DNA of 49,694 nucleotides from a virus (Duplodnaviria; Caudoviricetes): the IMG/VR virus record IMGVR_UViG_3300028274_000012, positions 1 to 49,694 of that record, one strand, 5' to 3'. Shown here in pieces: positions 9,678 to 18,744 of this stretch. A model generated the notes under the pieces. The model was given only the letters and a program-made list of their open reading frames with translations, ran no database searches and had not been told where the DNA came from. The first letter of the stretch is position 1. Each line of letters starts with the position of its first letter. Both the position numbers and the translations under genes were made by a program.

Positions 9678-10646
9678 ATGTTAAAGACGTTAAATGAAAT
9701 TAAAGATGCAGAAATGTTAGACCCAGGAGTTGTTAATGGAATTGATAATCCTAACTTAGATTCTGTTGATTCAACTGAACCTATTTCGTCTGATGGAGAC
9801 AATCTTACAGACGATGGAAAAGTTGCAGAAGGTGAAGTAAAAAAAGAGGAAAAGAATGACGAAAAAAAGACTGAAAAAAAGGTCGAAGAAGGGGTTAAAG
9901 CGGTCAAAGAAAAAAAAGAAGAGTCTGGTAAACCCAGCGAAGAACTTGATGTAAATGAAAGTGATTCAAAAACAGTACAAAAGCGAATTGGTAAGTTGAC
10001 TAAAAAGTGGCGTACTGCAGAGCGTGAAAGAGATCTTAAAGAAGAAAAGATTGCTAAGTTAGAAGCAGAATTGCAAAAAGCAACTGCGAAAATTCCGGAT
10101 GTAAGTAAACCGCTAAAAGTAGATTTTGAAGACGAAGATGATTTTATTGAAGCCTTGGCTGAATGGAAAGTTGATGCGAAGTTGAAAACTATTCAAAAAG
10201 GTGGAGAAAAGAAAGATGAAGAAAAAACTACAAAAAAAGATGTAGAAGAATCGTACGATGGGCTTGATGATGCAATGGATAGAGGAAAAGAAAAGTACAC
10301 AGACTTTGATGATCTTGTACTTGATGATACTCTCATTATTAGTTCAGAAGTTACGCGTATACTTTTAGACACGGAAAGCCCGGAAGATGTTTTGTATTAT
10401 CTTGCGAGTAATCCTGAAAAGTCTGAAAAAATATGTAACCTCAGTTTGGTAAAAGCTGCTAGAGAAATTGGTAAAATCGAAGTAAGTTTGGGGAAGGTAG
10501 AACCGAAGCCTAAGCCCAAGCCGAACAAAAAACAATCAAAGGCTCCAGCTCCAATATCTCCCGTCAGGACAGATGGTGTGGTCGATAAAGACCCTGATCA
10601 AATGTCCCCGAAGGAATATAAAGCTTGGAGAGAAAGTAAAAAATAG
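9678..10646 (+). CDS. capsid scaffolding protein
   Basis: Between portal and coat. Charged coiled coil with VQKRIGKLTKKWR..ER and a C-terminal MSPKEYKAWR helix. Confidence 0.85.
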   Translation: MLKTLNEIKDAEMLDPGVVNGIDNPNLDSVDSTEPISSDGDNLTDDGKVAEGEVKKEEKNDEKKTEKKVEEGVKAVKEKKEESGKPSEELDVNESDSKTVQKRIGKLTKKWRTAERERDLKEEKIAKLEAELQKATAKIPDVSKPLKVDFEDEDDFIEALAEWKVDAKLKTIQKGGEKKDEEKTTKKDVEESYDGLDDAMDRGKEKYTDFDDLVLDDTLIISSEVTRILLDTESPEDVLYYLASNPEKSEKICNLSLVKAAREIGKIEVSLGKVEPKPKPKPNKKQSKAPAPISPVRTDGVVDKDPDQMSPKEYKAWRESKK

Positions 10647-10657
10647 GAGAAAATAAC

Positions 10658-11875
10658 ATGGTTTCAAGTAATACATTATTGACTCCAACGATTATAGCAA
10701 AAGAAGCTTTAATGCAGTTGACTAATAATCTTGGTATGTCTCAGCACGTTTATCGTTCGTATAAGAATGAGTTTAGAAAAGTAGGTGAAACTATTACTAT
10801 ACGTAAACCTAATAAATTTAGAGTAACCAAAGCTCAGTCAAGAACTAATACCAATCTTTCTGAGCCTTCAACCACTCTGACTGTAAGTACACAGGCACAT
10901 GTCTCCTGGGCATTTAGCTCTGTAGAACTTACACAGAATATTGAACAGTACAGTGCGAGGTATATTACCCCGGCTGCTCAGGCACTTGCGAATCAGGTAG
11001 ATGCTGATCTTTGTGGCCTGTATGTTGATGTTTATAATTATGCTGGAACTCCTGGTACAACACCTGCAACTTTTAAGGTTCTTGGTGATTGTCAGACAAT
11101 TCTGGATAATGAATCTGCTCCTCAGGAAATGCGTTATGCAATGTTGAATCCTGCAGCACATTGGACTTTAGCTGATGGTTTGAAAGGTACATTTGCTGCG
11201 AAACCAGCACTTGATCTTCATACTAAAGGTTATCTTGGTACAGTTGCTAATCTGTCTCTGTATATGGATCAGAACATTAAAACCCATACTACTGGGGCAT
11301 TTACTACAAGTGCAACTCCGTTAGTTGATGCAACTGCACCGGCTACTGGAGCAACTACATTTTCAACTGATGGTTGGAATGCGAGCTCTAGTACAGTTAA
11401 AGCTGGTGATATTTTTACTGTAGCAACAGTTAATCAGGTTAATAATATGTCTGGTGTAAGTACCGGTAACCTACATAGATGGATTTGTACAGCGAATACT
11501 ACCTCTAGTGGTGGTAATATGGCAACCCTAGCAATTTCACCAACTATTACATTTGCTGGTAGTGGTAATCTTGCTTATGATAATGTAGACGCTCTTCCAG
11601 TAGATGGCGATGCAATGACTTTTGTTGGTACAGAATCTACTGCTTATGCACAGAACCTTGTATTTCATCCTAACGCGTTTTGCCTTGTAACCCTGCCGCT
11701 GGAAATGCCAGCTAATGTTTGGGGTTCACGACAAACTGATAAAGATGCCGGTGTTTCCATTAGAGTGGTAAAACAGTATGATATAGATGCCGACGAAGAG
11801 ATTATAAGGATGGACATATTGTACGGGATTAAGACTTTATACCCTGAACTTGCTGTAAGACTCTGGGGAGAATAG
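10658..11875 (+). CDS. major capsid protein, P22 gp5-like
   Basis: SNTLLTP.IIAKEAL..L.NNL, KVGETI.IRKP, PAAQALANQVD, NLVFHPNAF.L...PL, R.DILYG....PELAVRL. Confidence 0.93.
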   Translation: MVSSNTLLTPTIIAKEALMQLTNNLGMSQHVYRSYKNEFRKVGETITIRKPNKFRVTKAQSRTNTNLSEPSTTLTVSTQAHVSWAFSSVELTQNIEQYSARYITPAAQALANQVDADLCGLYVDVYNYAGTPGTTPATFKVLGDCQTILDNESAPQEMRYAMLNPAAHWTLADGLKGTFAAKPALDLHTKGYLGTVANLSLYMDQNIKTHTTGAFTTSATPLVDATAPATGATTFSTDGWNASSSTVKAGDIFTVATVNQVNNMSGVSTGNLHRWICTANTTSSGGNMATLAISPTITFAGSGNLAYDNVDALPVDGDAMTFVGTESTAYAQNLVFHPNAFCLVTLPLEMPANVWGSRQTDKDAGVSIRVVKQYDIDADEEIIRMDILYGIKTLYPELAVRLWGE

Positions 11876-11883
11876 TAGTAAAT

Positions 11884-11941
11884 TGGTAGGTGTAGCTGAC
11901 TAAGCCACAAGCTACATCTACCATAATTAAAGCAGGGCTTA
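11884..11941 (+). promoter_or_regulatory. 14-bp hairpin with H-type pseudoknot in the leader of the post-capsid gene
   Basis: TGGTAGGTGTAGCT/AGCTACATCTACCA stem; loop TAAGCC is complementary to GGCTTA (11936-11941) just before AGGAG. Confidence 0.55.
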
Positions 11942-11956
11942 ATAGGAGATAAGAAA

Positions 11957-13057
11957 ATGGGTTTAAATTTAAGATATAGTCCACTTGAGTGGGATGAAGC
12001 AACTAAAACATTGGAAATGGGAGCTGCTACTACGGGACTTTCATTAACTGGAGCTATTACTACACCGGTTTCAATAACTGGTGCTTTTACAACAGGTATT
12101 AATATAGCGGCTGATGGTACTACTGCTATAGCGGTTACCAGTGCGTTTACTGGTACAACTATGCTGTCGTTAGCCGGTACAGCAACAGATGGTATTAAAA
12201 TTAGTGGTATTTGTGCAGATGGTATTGAAATTTCTGCAGCTGCAACTACAACTGGTCTTAATGTTTCTGCAGATTGTGTGACGGGTATTACAGTAGCTGC
12301 TCAGACTACAGCTGGTATTACGATTGCAGCAACTGCTACTGGTTTACATATAACTGGTGCAACAACTACTGGTATTCATATTGCTGGAACTTCTACAACT
12401 GGTTTGAATATATCCGGTGCAGCTACAAATGATATTTCTTTACAGAACGGCGCTACGATTACAAATGGTGCTGCTGCAGTTTTGACTATTACAGAGCCTA
12501 CAGTTACAATGGCTTGCTCTACTAAATTCGATGTTAATGGTATGATTGATGTTGCTGATGTTCTGACTGGTGGAGCTTCTAATGGTAACATTATTAAGAA
12601 AACTCTTCAAGCCAGTGAAGATTATACAGGAACCACAGCAGGTTTAATGGTTAAATGTTATGGTGCTGATGGTACTGCGACAGTTTCAAGTGGTGAATTT
12701 ACAGGACTTTATGTGAATGTTAAAGGTTTACATACTTCTCCAGGTAATAACGCTTCGTTGATTTCTGCTCATGCTCATGCAAGTAATACTACTGTGATTC
12801 ATGCAGGATTATGGTTGTATGGAGATATGACTAATGGGGTGAAAGCCTCTGGTTCTACATTAACTTCTATGATTGATATATCAGAAGCTACAGCTGTAGC
12901 TAATTTTGCTGATTTTGCAGCGGGTTCACAGGGCACTCATTGCCTGTTTGCCGCTACAAATACCCCGGCGATTGCTACAACTCATGCTCTGCAAATTGAT
13001 GTTGGTGGAGTTGCTCATTATATTCCAGTCTATGATGATTATACATGGGCTAGTTAA
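11957..13057 (+). CDS. virion protein with ~11-aa TTG[IL]xIxG repeats (head fibre/decoration-like)
   Basis: Strong SD; follows the coat gene; periodic beta-strand repeats. Confidence 0.6.
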   Translation: MGLNLRYSPLEWDEATKTLEMGAATTGLSLTGAITTPVSITGAFTTGINIAADGTTAIAVTSAFTGTTMLSLAGTATDGIKISGICADGIEISAAATTTGLNVSADCVTGITVAAQTTAGITIAATATGLHITGATTTGIHIAGTSTTGLNISGAATNDISLQNGATITNGAAAVLTITEPTVTMACSTKFDVNGMIDVADVLTGGASNGNIIKKTLQASEDYTGTTAGLMVKCYGADGTATVSSGEFTGLYVNVKGLHTSPGNNASLISAHAHASNTTVIHAGLWLYGDMTNGVKASGSTLTSMIDISEATAVANFADFAAGSQGTHCLFAATNTPAIATTHALQIDVGGVAHYIPVYDDYTWAS

Positions 13058-13068
13058 ATAATTTATAC

Positions 13069-13143
13069 TCACGGGATAGGAAGTATACTCCGAAAGGTTG
13101 ATTCCTGGTCAGCCTTCCCGTGATTAACCCCAGGAAACAGGAG
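13069..13143 (+). promoter_or_regulatory. structured 5' leader: three-way junction and pseudoknot (copy 2)
   Basis: P1 TCACGGGA/TCCCGTGA; P2 GGA/TCC; P3 AGGTTGA/TCAGCCT. Loop TTCCTGG pairs with CCAGGAA (13130-13136), followed by AGGAG. Confidence 0.7.
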
Positions 13144-13152
13144 ATTAAAAAG

Positions 13153-13461
13153 ATGAAACTTGATGTAAGAGAAAGAATTATTTTAAGTCAGATTTTACCG
13201 AAAGAGGGGAGTTTTACAAATTTGAAACTTATTCGTGTAATGCAAGAGGAGTTATCATTTTCTGAGGCGGAGAATAAGATTTTAGACTTTAAACAAGCGG
13301 AAGATCGACTTACTTGGTCAGAGGATACTGTTGAGCAAAAAGATATTGAGTTTGGAGAGGTTATAGAAAAGCTTATAGTAAGTAAACTAACCGAGCTTGA
13401 TAAAGAAGAAAAATTAACAAATGAACACTTTTCTTTGTGTGAAAAATTTATGGAGAATTAA
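13153..13461 (+). CDS. hypothetical protein
   Basis: AGGAG SD before ATG 13153 (MKLDVRER); GTG 13120 lies inside the RNA structure. Confidence 0.7.
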   Translation: MKLDVRERIILSQILPKEGSFTNLKLIRVMQEELSFSEAENKILDFKQAEDRLTWSEDTVEQKDIEFGEVIEKLIVSKLTELDKEEKLTNEHFSLCEKFMEN

Positions 13462-13463
13462 AA

Positions 13464-13754
13464 ATGGTTAGTAAAAATAATTTACTTAACTCGGGAATCA
13501 GACACGAAAGAGAAAAGTTAAGTATCAAAGATTTTGAAGAAAATGGTTGGCCTAAGCGTCTTTATCACGAAGACTTTAGAGCTGGTAAAGTATTTCAAAC
13601 TTTAATAGAACAAGAAGAACAATTTAAAGAGGGTTGGGTTGAATCTCCAGCTGATCTTCCAGAAGAAGTAGAGGAAAAGGAAGAAGATTTCTTTAGTGCG
13701 TTTGAAGATAAGAAACCGAAGACTAGAAAAACTAGAAAGACTAAAAAAGGATAA
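13464..13754 (+). CDS. hypothetical protein (GW.ESP motif, basic tail)
   Basis: GGAG SD; tight packing in the head-completion region. Confidence 0.7.
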   Translation: MVSKNNLLNSGIRHEREKLSIKDFEENGWPKRLYHEDFRAGKVFQTLIEQEEQFKEGWVESPADLPEEVEEKEEDFFSAFEDKKPKTRKTRKTKKG

Positions 13755-13760
13755 ATAATT

Positions 13761-14474
13761 ATGCAAGTTTCCGCAATATTAAAATCAGCTGCAAGAAAAA
13801 TAGGTGTTGTTGCAAGTGGTGAATCGCTTACTTCAGACGAGCAATCCGATGCTTTGACTGCGCTGCAATCTATGTTGCGGTCATGGGCAGCAGAAAAGAT
13901 TAATGTTTTTTCTTCAGTAAGAGAGAATGTTACTTTGGTTGCTAGCACGTCTTTGTATACATGGGGTACTGGAGGAACTATATCTACGGCAAGACCTAAC
14001 CAGGTACTTAGTGCGTATATTGTAGATTCCTCCGGTACGTCTCATCCAGTAGATATTATTTCAGAGGGTAGATATAATCAGATTAGTTTAAAAACTCTTG
14101 TAAGAAGACCACACTCTCTTTATCCTCAGTACACTTTTCCAAGAGTAAATGTTTATTTATACCCTGTGCCGGATGCAGCAGAAACACTTACAATTACTAG
14201 TTTAAAACCATTTACAGAAACTAGTTCGTTTAGCTCTACATCTAGTACATTGTCTATGCCAGCGCAGTATGAAGAACCTATTATATATAATCTTGCTGTA
14301 CGGCTTGCCCCGGAGTTTGGTAAGACCGTATCTAGAGAACTTGCATTAACAGCAATGAATTCGTATAATAGGTTAACAACACTTAACTCAGCAAATTATG
14401 TTGAACCAGTAAAAATTGTTCTACCAGTAAGTGCTTCTGGTGGTTATAGTATAAATTCTGATTCTTATAGGTAG
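13761..14474 (+). CDS. head-tail adaptor, P22 gp4-like
   Basis: ILKSAARKIGV...GE......DAL..L..ML..W and YNLAVRLAPEFG; position upstream of the tail hub. Confidence 0.75.
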   Translation: MQVSAILKSAARKIGVVASGESLTSDEQSDALTALQSMLRSWAAEKINVFSSVRENVTLVASTSLYTWGTGGTISTARPNQVLSAYIVDSSGTSHPVDIISEGRYNQISLKTLVRRPHSLYPQYTFPRVNVYLYPVPDAAETLTITSLKPFTETSSFSSTSSTLSMPAQYEEPIIYNLAVRLAPEFGKTVSRELALTAMNSYNRLTTLNSANYVEPVKIVLPVSASGGYSINSDSYR

Positions 14475-14481
14475 GTAAAAG

Positions 14482-15894
14482 ATGGAGATTCCCTTTGTCG
14501 GTGGAGCCTACGAAGGTAGGTCAAAAGATATTAACGCACAGCGGAGTATTAACTTATTCCCCGTTGTAGATAATGAAGAGGCTAAATCTGTTGTGGCTAT
14601 GTATGGGACACCGGGGAATACTGTGTTTTGCACCTCAGGAACTACGGCTATAGTCAGAGGCATGCATGTTATGGGTAACTATTTATATTCGGTAGTTGGT
14701 AATACTGTATATCAAATAGTAGCTAATGGAACGCCGACAAGTCTTGGTGTTATTACCACAAGTACCGGGCATGTTGGAATGGCTGATAATGGTACACAAC
14801 TTTTAATTGTAGACGGTACAGCTTTTGGGCATATAGTAACAACTGATACACTTACGGATATTTCTGATGGAGATTTTCCAACAGCTACTGACTGTGCATT
14901 TTTTGATGGGTATTTTATAGTTACTGTTGGAAGTACAGGGAGAATTAATATATCAGGTCTTTATGAAGGTACAACCTGGGATGCTTTGGAATATACTACA
15001 GCGGAAGCAGTATCAGATGATCTTGTTGGGATAGGTACTACGTCACAGAATTTATGGCTACTTGGTGAAAGGTCTGTAGAGGTTTATTATAATTCTGGTA
15101 ATACAACATTTCCTTTTGCACGAGTACCGGGAGCTATTACACCAATTGGTTGCGGGGCTGTAGATTCGATAGTAGAAATAAATGAAAAAATTTACTGTCT
15201 CTCGAATAAAAAGTCTATTATGCGGAGCACGGGGTATAGTTTTGAAATTATATCTACTCCGACTATTAACTATCAAATTTCTTCGTATGCAACTATCAGT
15301 GATGCGTTGGCATTTACTTATACACTGGAAGGCCGAGAGTTTTATGTAATTCATTTTCCAACTCCTGATAAAACGTGGGCTTTAGATGTTGAGTCGCTGT
15401 ACTGGCATGAATGGCAAAGTCTTACGGGTTCCGTTGCAGGGGCATTTAGAGGAGTTACCGGTGTGGTTTTTAATTCTGCTCAGTTGGTAGGCGATAGTGC
15501 TAGTGGAAAAATATATACTCTTTCAATGAATACTTATACAGATAATGCTTTGAATATTAGACGAATAAGAAGAACACAAACTATAAACAAAGAAAAATTC
15601 AATGTAATACATCATCAGGTTGAGCTGGATTTTGAATCCGGTGTAGGGCTTGATGTTGCGTCAACTGCTGACGGGTATGACCCACAAGTTACTTTAAAGT
15701 GGTCAGATGATGGTGGAAATACTTGGAGTGATGGTGAAGCAGTTTCACTTGGTAAGTATCAGAAATATAGTACAAGACAGCGGTGGAGAAGACTTGGTAA
15801 AAGTAGAAATAGAGTTTATGAGGCAACTATTGAAACTCCGGTGAAGGTTGTTTTACTTGGTAGTTTTGCTGAACTAGAAGAATGTGGACATTAA
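14482..15894 (+). CDS. tail hub / packaged-DNA stabilisation protein, P22 gp10-like
   Basis: INLFP...GTPG, MADNGTQL, DGYFI, TAEA.SD, FTY..EG.EFY, WSDDGG.TW, WRRLG..R.R. Confidence 0.88.
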   Translation: MEIPFVGGAYEGRSKDINAQRSINLFPVVDNEEAKSVVAMYGTPGNTVFCTSGTTAIVRGMHVMGNYLYSVVGNTVYQIVANGTPTSLGVITTSTGHVGMADNGTQLLIVDGTAFGHIVTTDTLTDISDGDFPTATDCAFFDGYFIVTVGSTGRINISGLYEGTTWDALEYTTAEAVSDDLVGIGTTSQNLWLLGERSVEVYYNSGNTTFPFARVPGAITPIGCGAVDSIVEINEKIYCLSNKKSIMRSTGYSFEIISTPTINYQISSYATISDALAFTYTLEGREFYVIHFPTPDKTWALDVESLYWHEWQSLTGSVAGAFRGVTGVVFNSAQLVGDSASGKIYTLSMNTYTDNALNIRRIRRTQTINKEKFNVIHHQVELDFESGVGLDVASTADGYDPQVTLKWSDDGGNTWSDGEAVSLGKYQKYSTRQRWRRLGKSRNRVYEATIETPVKVVLLGSFAELEECGH

Positions 15895-15905
15895 AGGTGA
15901 TATAA

Positions 15906-17891
15906 ATGGGAATAGATTTATTAAGACCTCCTTTAGCTTCAACATTGTTTAATAAAGAAGGTAACATAACTCAAGTTTGGAATGAGTTTTTTACTTTGCT
16001 TGTTGGACAAACACAGATAGCTCAGATTGAAGATTTGTATGAGATTATAAATACTTCAGATGGGTTCTTTGCTGGGTCAGGTGCAACTAGAGTTCAGATG
16101 CAACCAGGTGTTGGCATATGGTGCGGGGCTGATGCAATTGGAGATGCTCCTTTTAGTGTAACAGTTGCAGGGGTTTTATCTGCTGCATCAGGTACAATAG
16201 GTGGGTGGACCTTATCGGCTACTACACTGTATTCTGCTAATATTGTTTTAGATCAAGCAAATGATAGGATTAGAGTAAATTCACTGGTTATTGATGGAGC
16301 TAATGATAGAATACAATCAGATAATTATGTATCAGGATACCTGGGATCGGGGTTTACTCTTTCTCCAGATTTACTTGAGGTGGGTAATATAGCTTGTCGA
16401 GGTATATTTAGAACAAGTGTTTTTCAAAAAGATACTATTAGTGTAGTTGGTGGAAATGTTCTTGTAATGGGTGGGGATGTTCTGGCTACGGATATGACAG
16501 CGGATGATGATTCTACACTGACCATAGAAGGAAACGAGACATTTGGTATAAATGATGTTCTTAGGATAAAAACAGGGGAACCGGGGGTACTTGGTGATGA
16601 TGAATGGCTTATAGTTAATAATATAAGCAATGCTCCCACGTATTCAGTTGCAAGAGATAAGGGTAATAACTATGGGGCAGATTCAAATCCTATATGGACA
16701 AAGGGTTCAGCTGTAGTTAATTATGGTAATGATGGAGATGGTGGGATTTATATGACATCTTCTGAAACTAATGCCCCGTATCTCTCTGTGCTTTCACATT
16801 ATGGCTCTCCGTGGTACGCAATAAGTACAAAGTTACGTCTTGGAAATCTTAATGGTTTTCTTGGTTATACTACAGATCTTTATGGTATAGCTATTGGGGA
16901 AGAATCCGAGTACCTCAAATACGATTCAACTAATGGACTTAGAATTAAAGGAACAGTTTTAATAGAATCTGGGTCTAGTATTGAAGGTGTAGATACCTCT
17001 GTTATAACAGGTTGGGTTCATCCGTCTGATACTACAAAAATAGATGGTGGAAGTATATATACCAATACAATTACAGCGGATATGTTTATATCTACTCTTT
17101 ATGGTGATTTAAATCAGGCAATGAGTTATGTAAAAACTGTGCTTGGTGCTGGAGATGAGTATAGTAATGCTATAGACGATACGGATTTGTCAGATGAAAC
17201 TTCGAGTCCCGTTACTATTGATGCGGATTCACATAGGGATTATGAATCTTCTGTTAGAATTGCAACGACAGTCTTATGGGATGAAGTTGGAGCAGTTTGG
17301 GATACAGGAACCTGGGATACACCGACTGAATCTACTGGGTCTATATATTTGCATGCTGATTTAGGTAGTTCACAAACAGTTCAAGCATCTTTTTTATATA
17401 CTTTGGAAGAAGATACCCCGGCGTCTACGTCTTATACTCTTTCTGCAATTTATTCAACAGATAATATAAATTGGGGAACAAACGCTGCTTTTGATGATGA
17501 TGTAGCTGAAGTATTAACTCCCGTGCAGGTTTCAGGAGATATTTATAAAATTTCAGGAACGCTTTTTACTTTTAGGTATGTAGCTATTTTTGTTGAGTTA
17601 GCTACTAGTAATACTGCACATAGAATTATATTACATAATATGATTATTTCAGGTAATGTAATTAATTTATTTAAACAAGTAACTGGACAGACAATAGCAG
17701 CCAGTGGTGGAACAACTATTAATTATTCTGGGTTTAATTCTACGCCAGCAATAACAGTAACACCAGTTGGAGCGACTGTGCTAGTTCCTTTGATTACTTC
17801 GCAATCTTCATCTTCAGCAACTATAAAATTATACAATATGTCGTCTACTGATGTAGGTGGTACTTGTAACATAACAATGATAGGAGTATAA
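15906..17891 (+). CDS. tail protein (needle/fibre-like)
   Basis: Beta-rich with SGTIGGW and RLGNLNG fibre-type motifs; follows the gp10-like gene. Confidence 0.65.
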   Translation: MGIDLLRPPLASTLFNKEGNITQVWNEFFTLLVGQTQIAQIEDLYEIINTSDGFFAGSGATRVQMQPGVGIWCGADAIGDAPFSVTVAGVLSAASGTIGGWTLSATTLYSANIVLDQANDRIRVNSLVIDGANDRIQSDNYVSGYLGSGFTLSPDLLEVGNIACRGIFRTSVFQKDTISVVGGNVLVMGGDVLATDMTADDDSTLTIEGNETFGINDVLRIKTGEPGVLGDDEWLIVNNISNAPTYSVARDKGNNYGADSNPIWTKGSAVVNYGNDGDGGIYMTSSETNAPYLSVLSHYGSPWYAISTKLRLGNLNGFLGYTTDLYGIAIGEESEYLKYDSTNGLRIKGTVLIESGSSIEGVDTSVITGWVHPSDTTKIDGGSIYTNTITADMFISTLYGDLNQAMSYVKTVLGAGDEYSNAIDDTDLSDETSSPVTIDADSHRDYESSVRIATTVLWDEVGAVWDTGTWDTPTESTGSIYLHADLGSSQTVQASFLYTLEEDTPASTSYTLSAIYSTDNINWGTNAAFDDDVAEVLTPVQVSGDIYKISGTLFTFRYVAIFVELATSNTAHRIILHNMIISGNVINLFKQVTGQTIAASGGTTINYSGFNSTPAITVTPVGATVLVPLITSQSSSSATIKLYNMSSTDVGGTCNITMIGV

Positions 17892-17892
17892 A

Positions 17893-18744
17893 ATGGCTTA
17901 TGACGGCGGAAAACCTGCAACAGATGGAAGTCTTGTTTCGGCAGATATAAGAGAAAATTTTAGAGCATTAAAAGAAGATGATATTGTTGAGGGTGTAGTA
18001 GCCTTGGGTATAGTAGCAGGAATGGTTGGTGCTGGAGCTATTACCGAGACTAAGCTTGGAGCAGCTGCTGTTGCGCAGGCGAAACTTAAAACCAGTATGG
18101 GGAGTGTAAATGTAACAGGAACGCAAGCGAATATAACTCTTCCCGGAGGGGAATACGGTTTTTATCCTCAGACGAAAACTAATAGTACTAGTACAACTAG
18201 AGAAGTTCTTGCTTCAATAGCCGGTGGAGATGGAACTACGGGGTCTACTTCTTACATTACTAATATCTTCCTTGGAAATGAAGACGCTTCGTTTATAGGT
18301 TATGCTCAGCAGCGCTATGTTACATCATCTGGTGAGGTATTTTGGGTTTTTATTCTTCGAGATAAATCTACTAAAGCTATAAAAGCTATGTACCAGGCCC
18401 CGGATCATCCTTGCTTTGGAAATGGTGGAGACCCGGTGATTGTTCCTCATCCGTTTAGAAGTTATGATAAATCAACTTATGAAATTATTGTTATTAATCC
18501 CTCGAAAGAAGAAGTTGAAGCTATGTATAAGATATGTGATGCTGCGGTGGGTAAAGATTTACTTGAGGTAATTATAGAAGAATATGAAGTGGATGAAGAA
18601 GCAAAGGCAGATTGGTCAACTATTCCTGTTACAGTTGGTTTACCAAGAAACTATGAAATTGGTAAAAGCGTTAAAACAATTAAAAAAGTTATTCCTAAGC
18701 CTGAATATATTAAAATAAAAAAGCTAAAGAAAAAGGTGGCTTAA
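17893..18744 (+). CDS. tail fibre-like structural protein
   Basis: N-terminal KP......SADIRENF.AL anchor-like motif and GAITETKL.AAAV..AKL repeat. Confidence 0.55.
   Translation: MAYDGGKPATDGSLVSADIRENFRALKEDDIVEGVVALGIVAGMVGAGAITETKLGAAAVAQAKLKTSMGSVNVTGTQANITLPGGEYGFYPQTKTNSTSTTREVLASIAGGDGTTGSTSYITNIFLGNEDASFIGYAQQRYVTSSGEVFWVFILRDKSTKAIKAMYQAPDHPCFGNGGDPVIVPHPFRSYDKSTYEIIVINPSKEEVEAMYKICDAAVGKDLLEVIIEEYEVDEEAKADWSTIPVTVGLPRNYEIGKSVKTIKKVIPKPEYIKIKKLKKKVA

Noticed and set aside
13100-13110. GATTCCTGGTC shared between leader copy 2 and the T arm of the tRNA-like RNA
   Set aside because: Only 11 nt, leader copy 1 has no such match, and in the tRNA mimic the segment is locked in stems; probably chance.
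14518-14525. AGGTCAAA at about the spacing expected for a missing palindrome copy
   Set aside because: The right arm TTGACC is absent.
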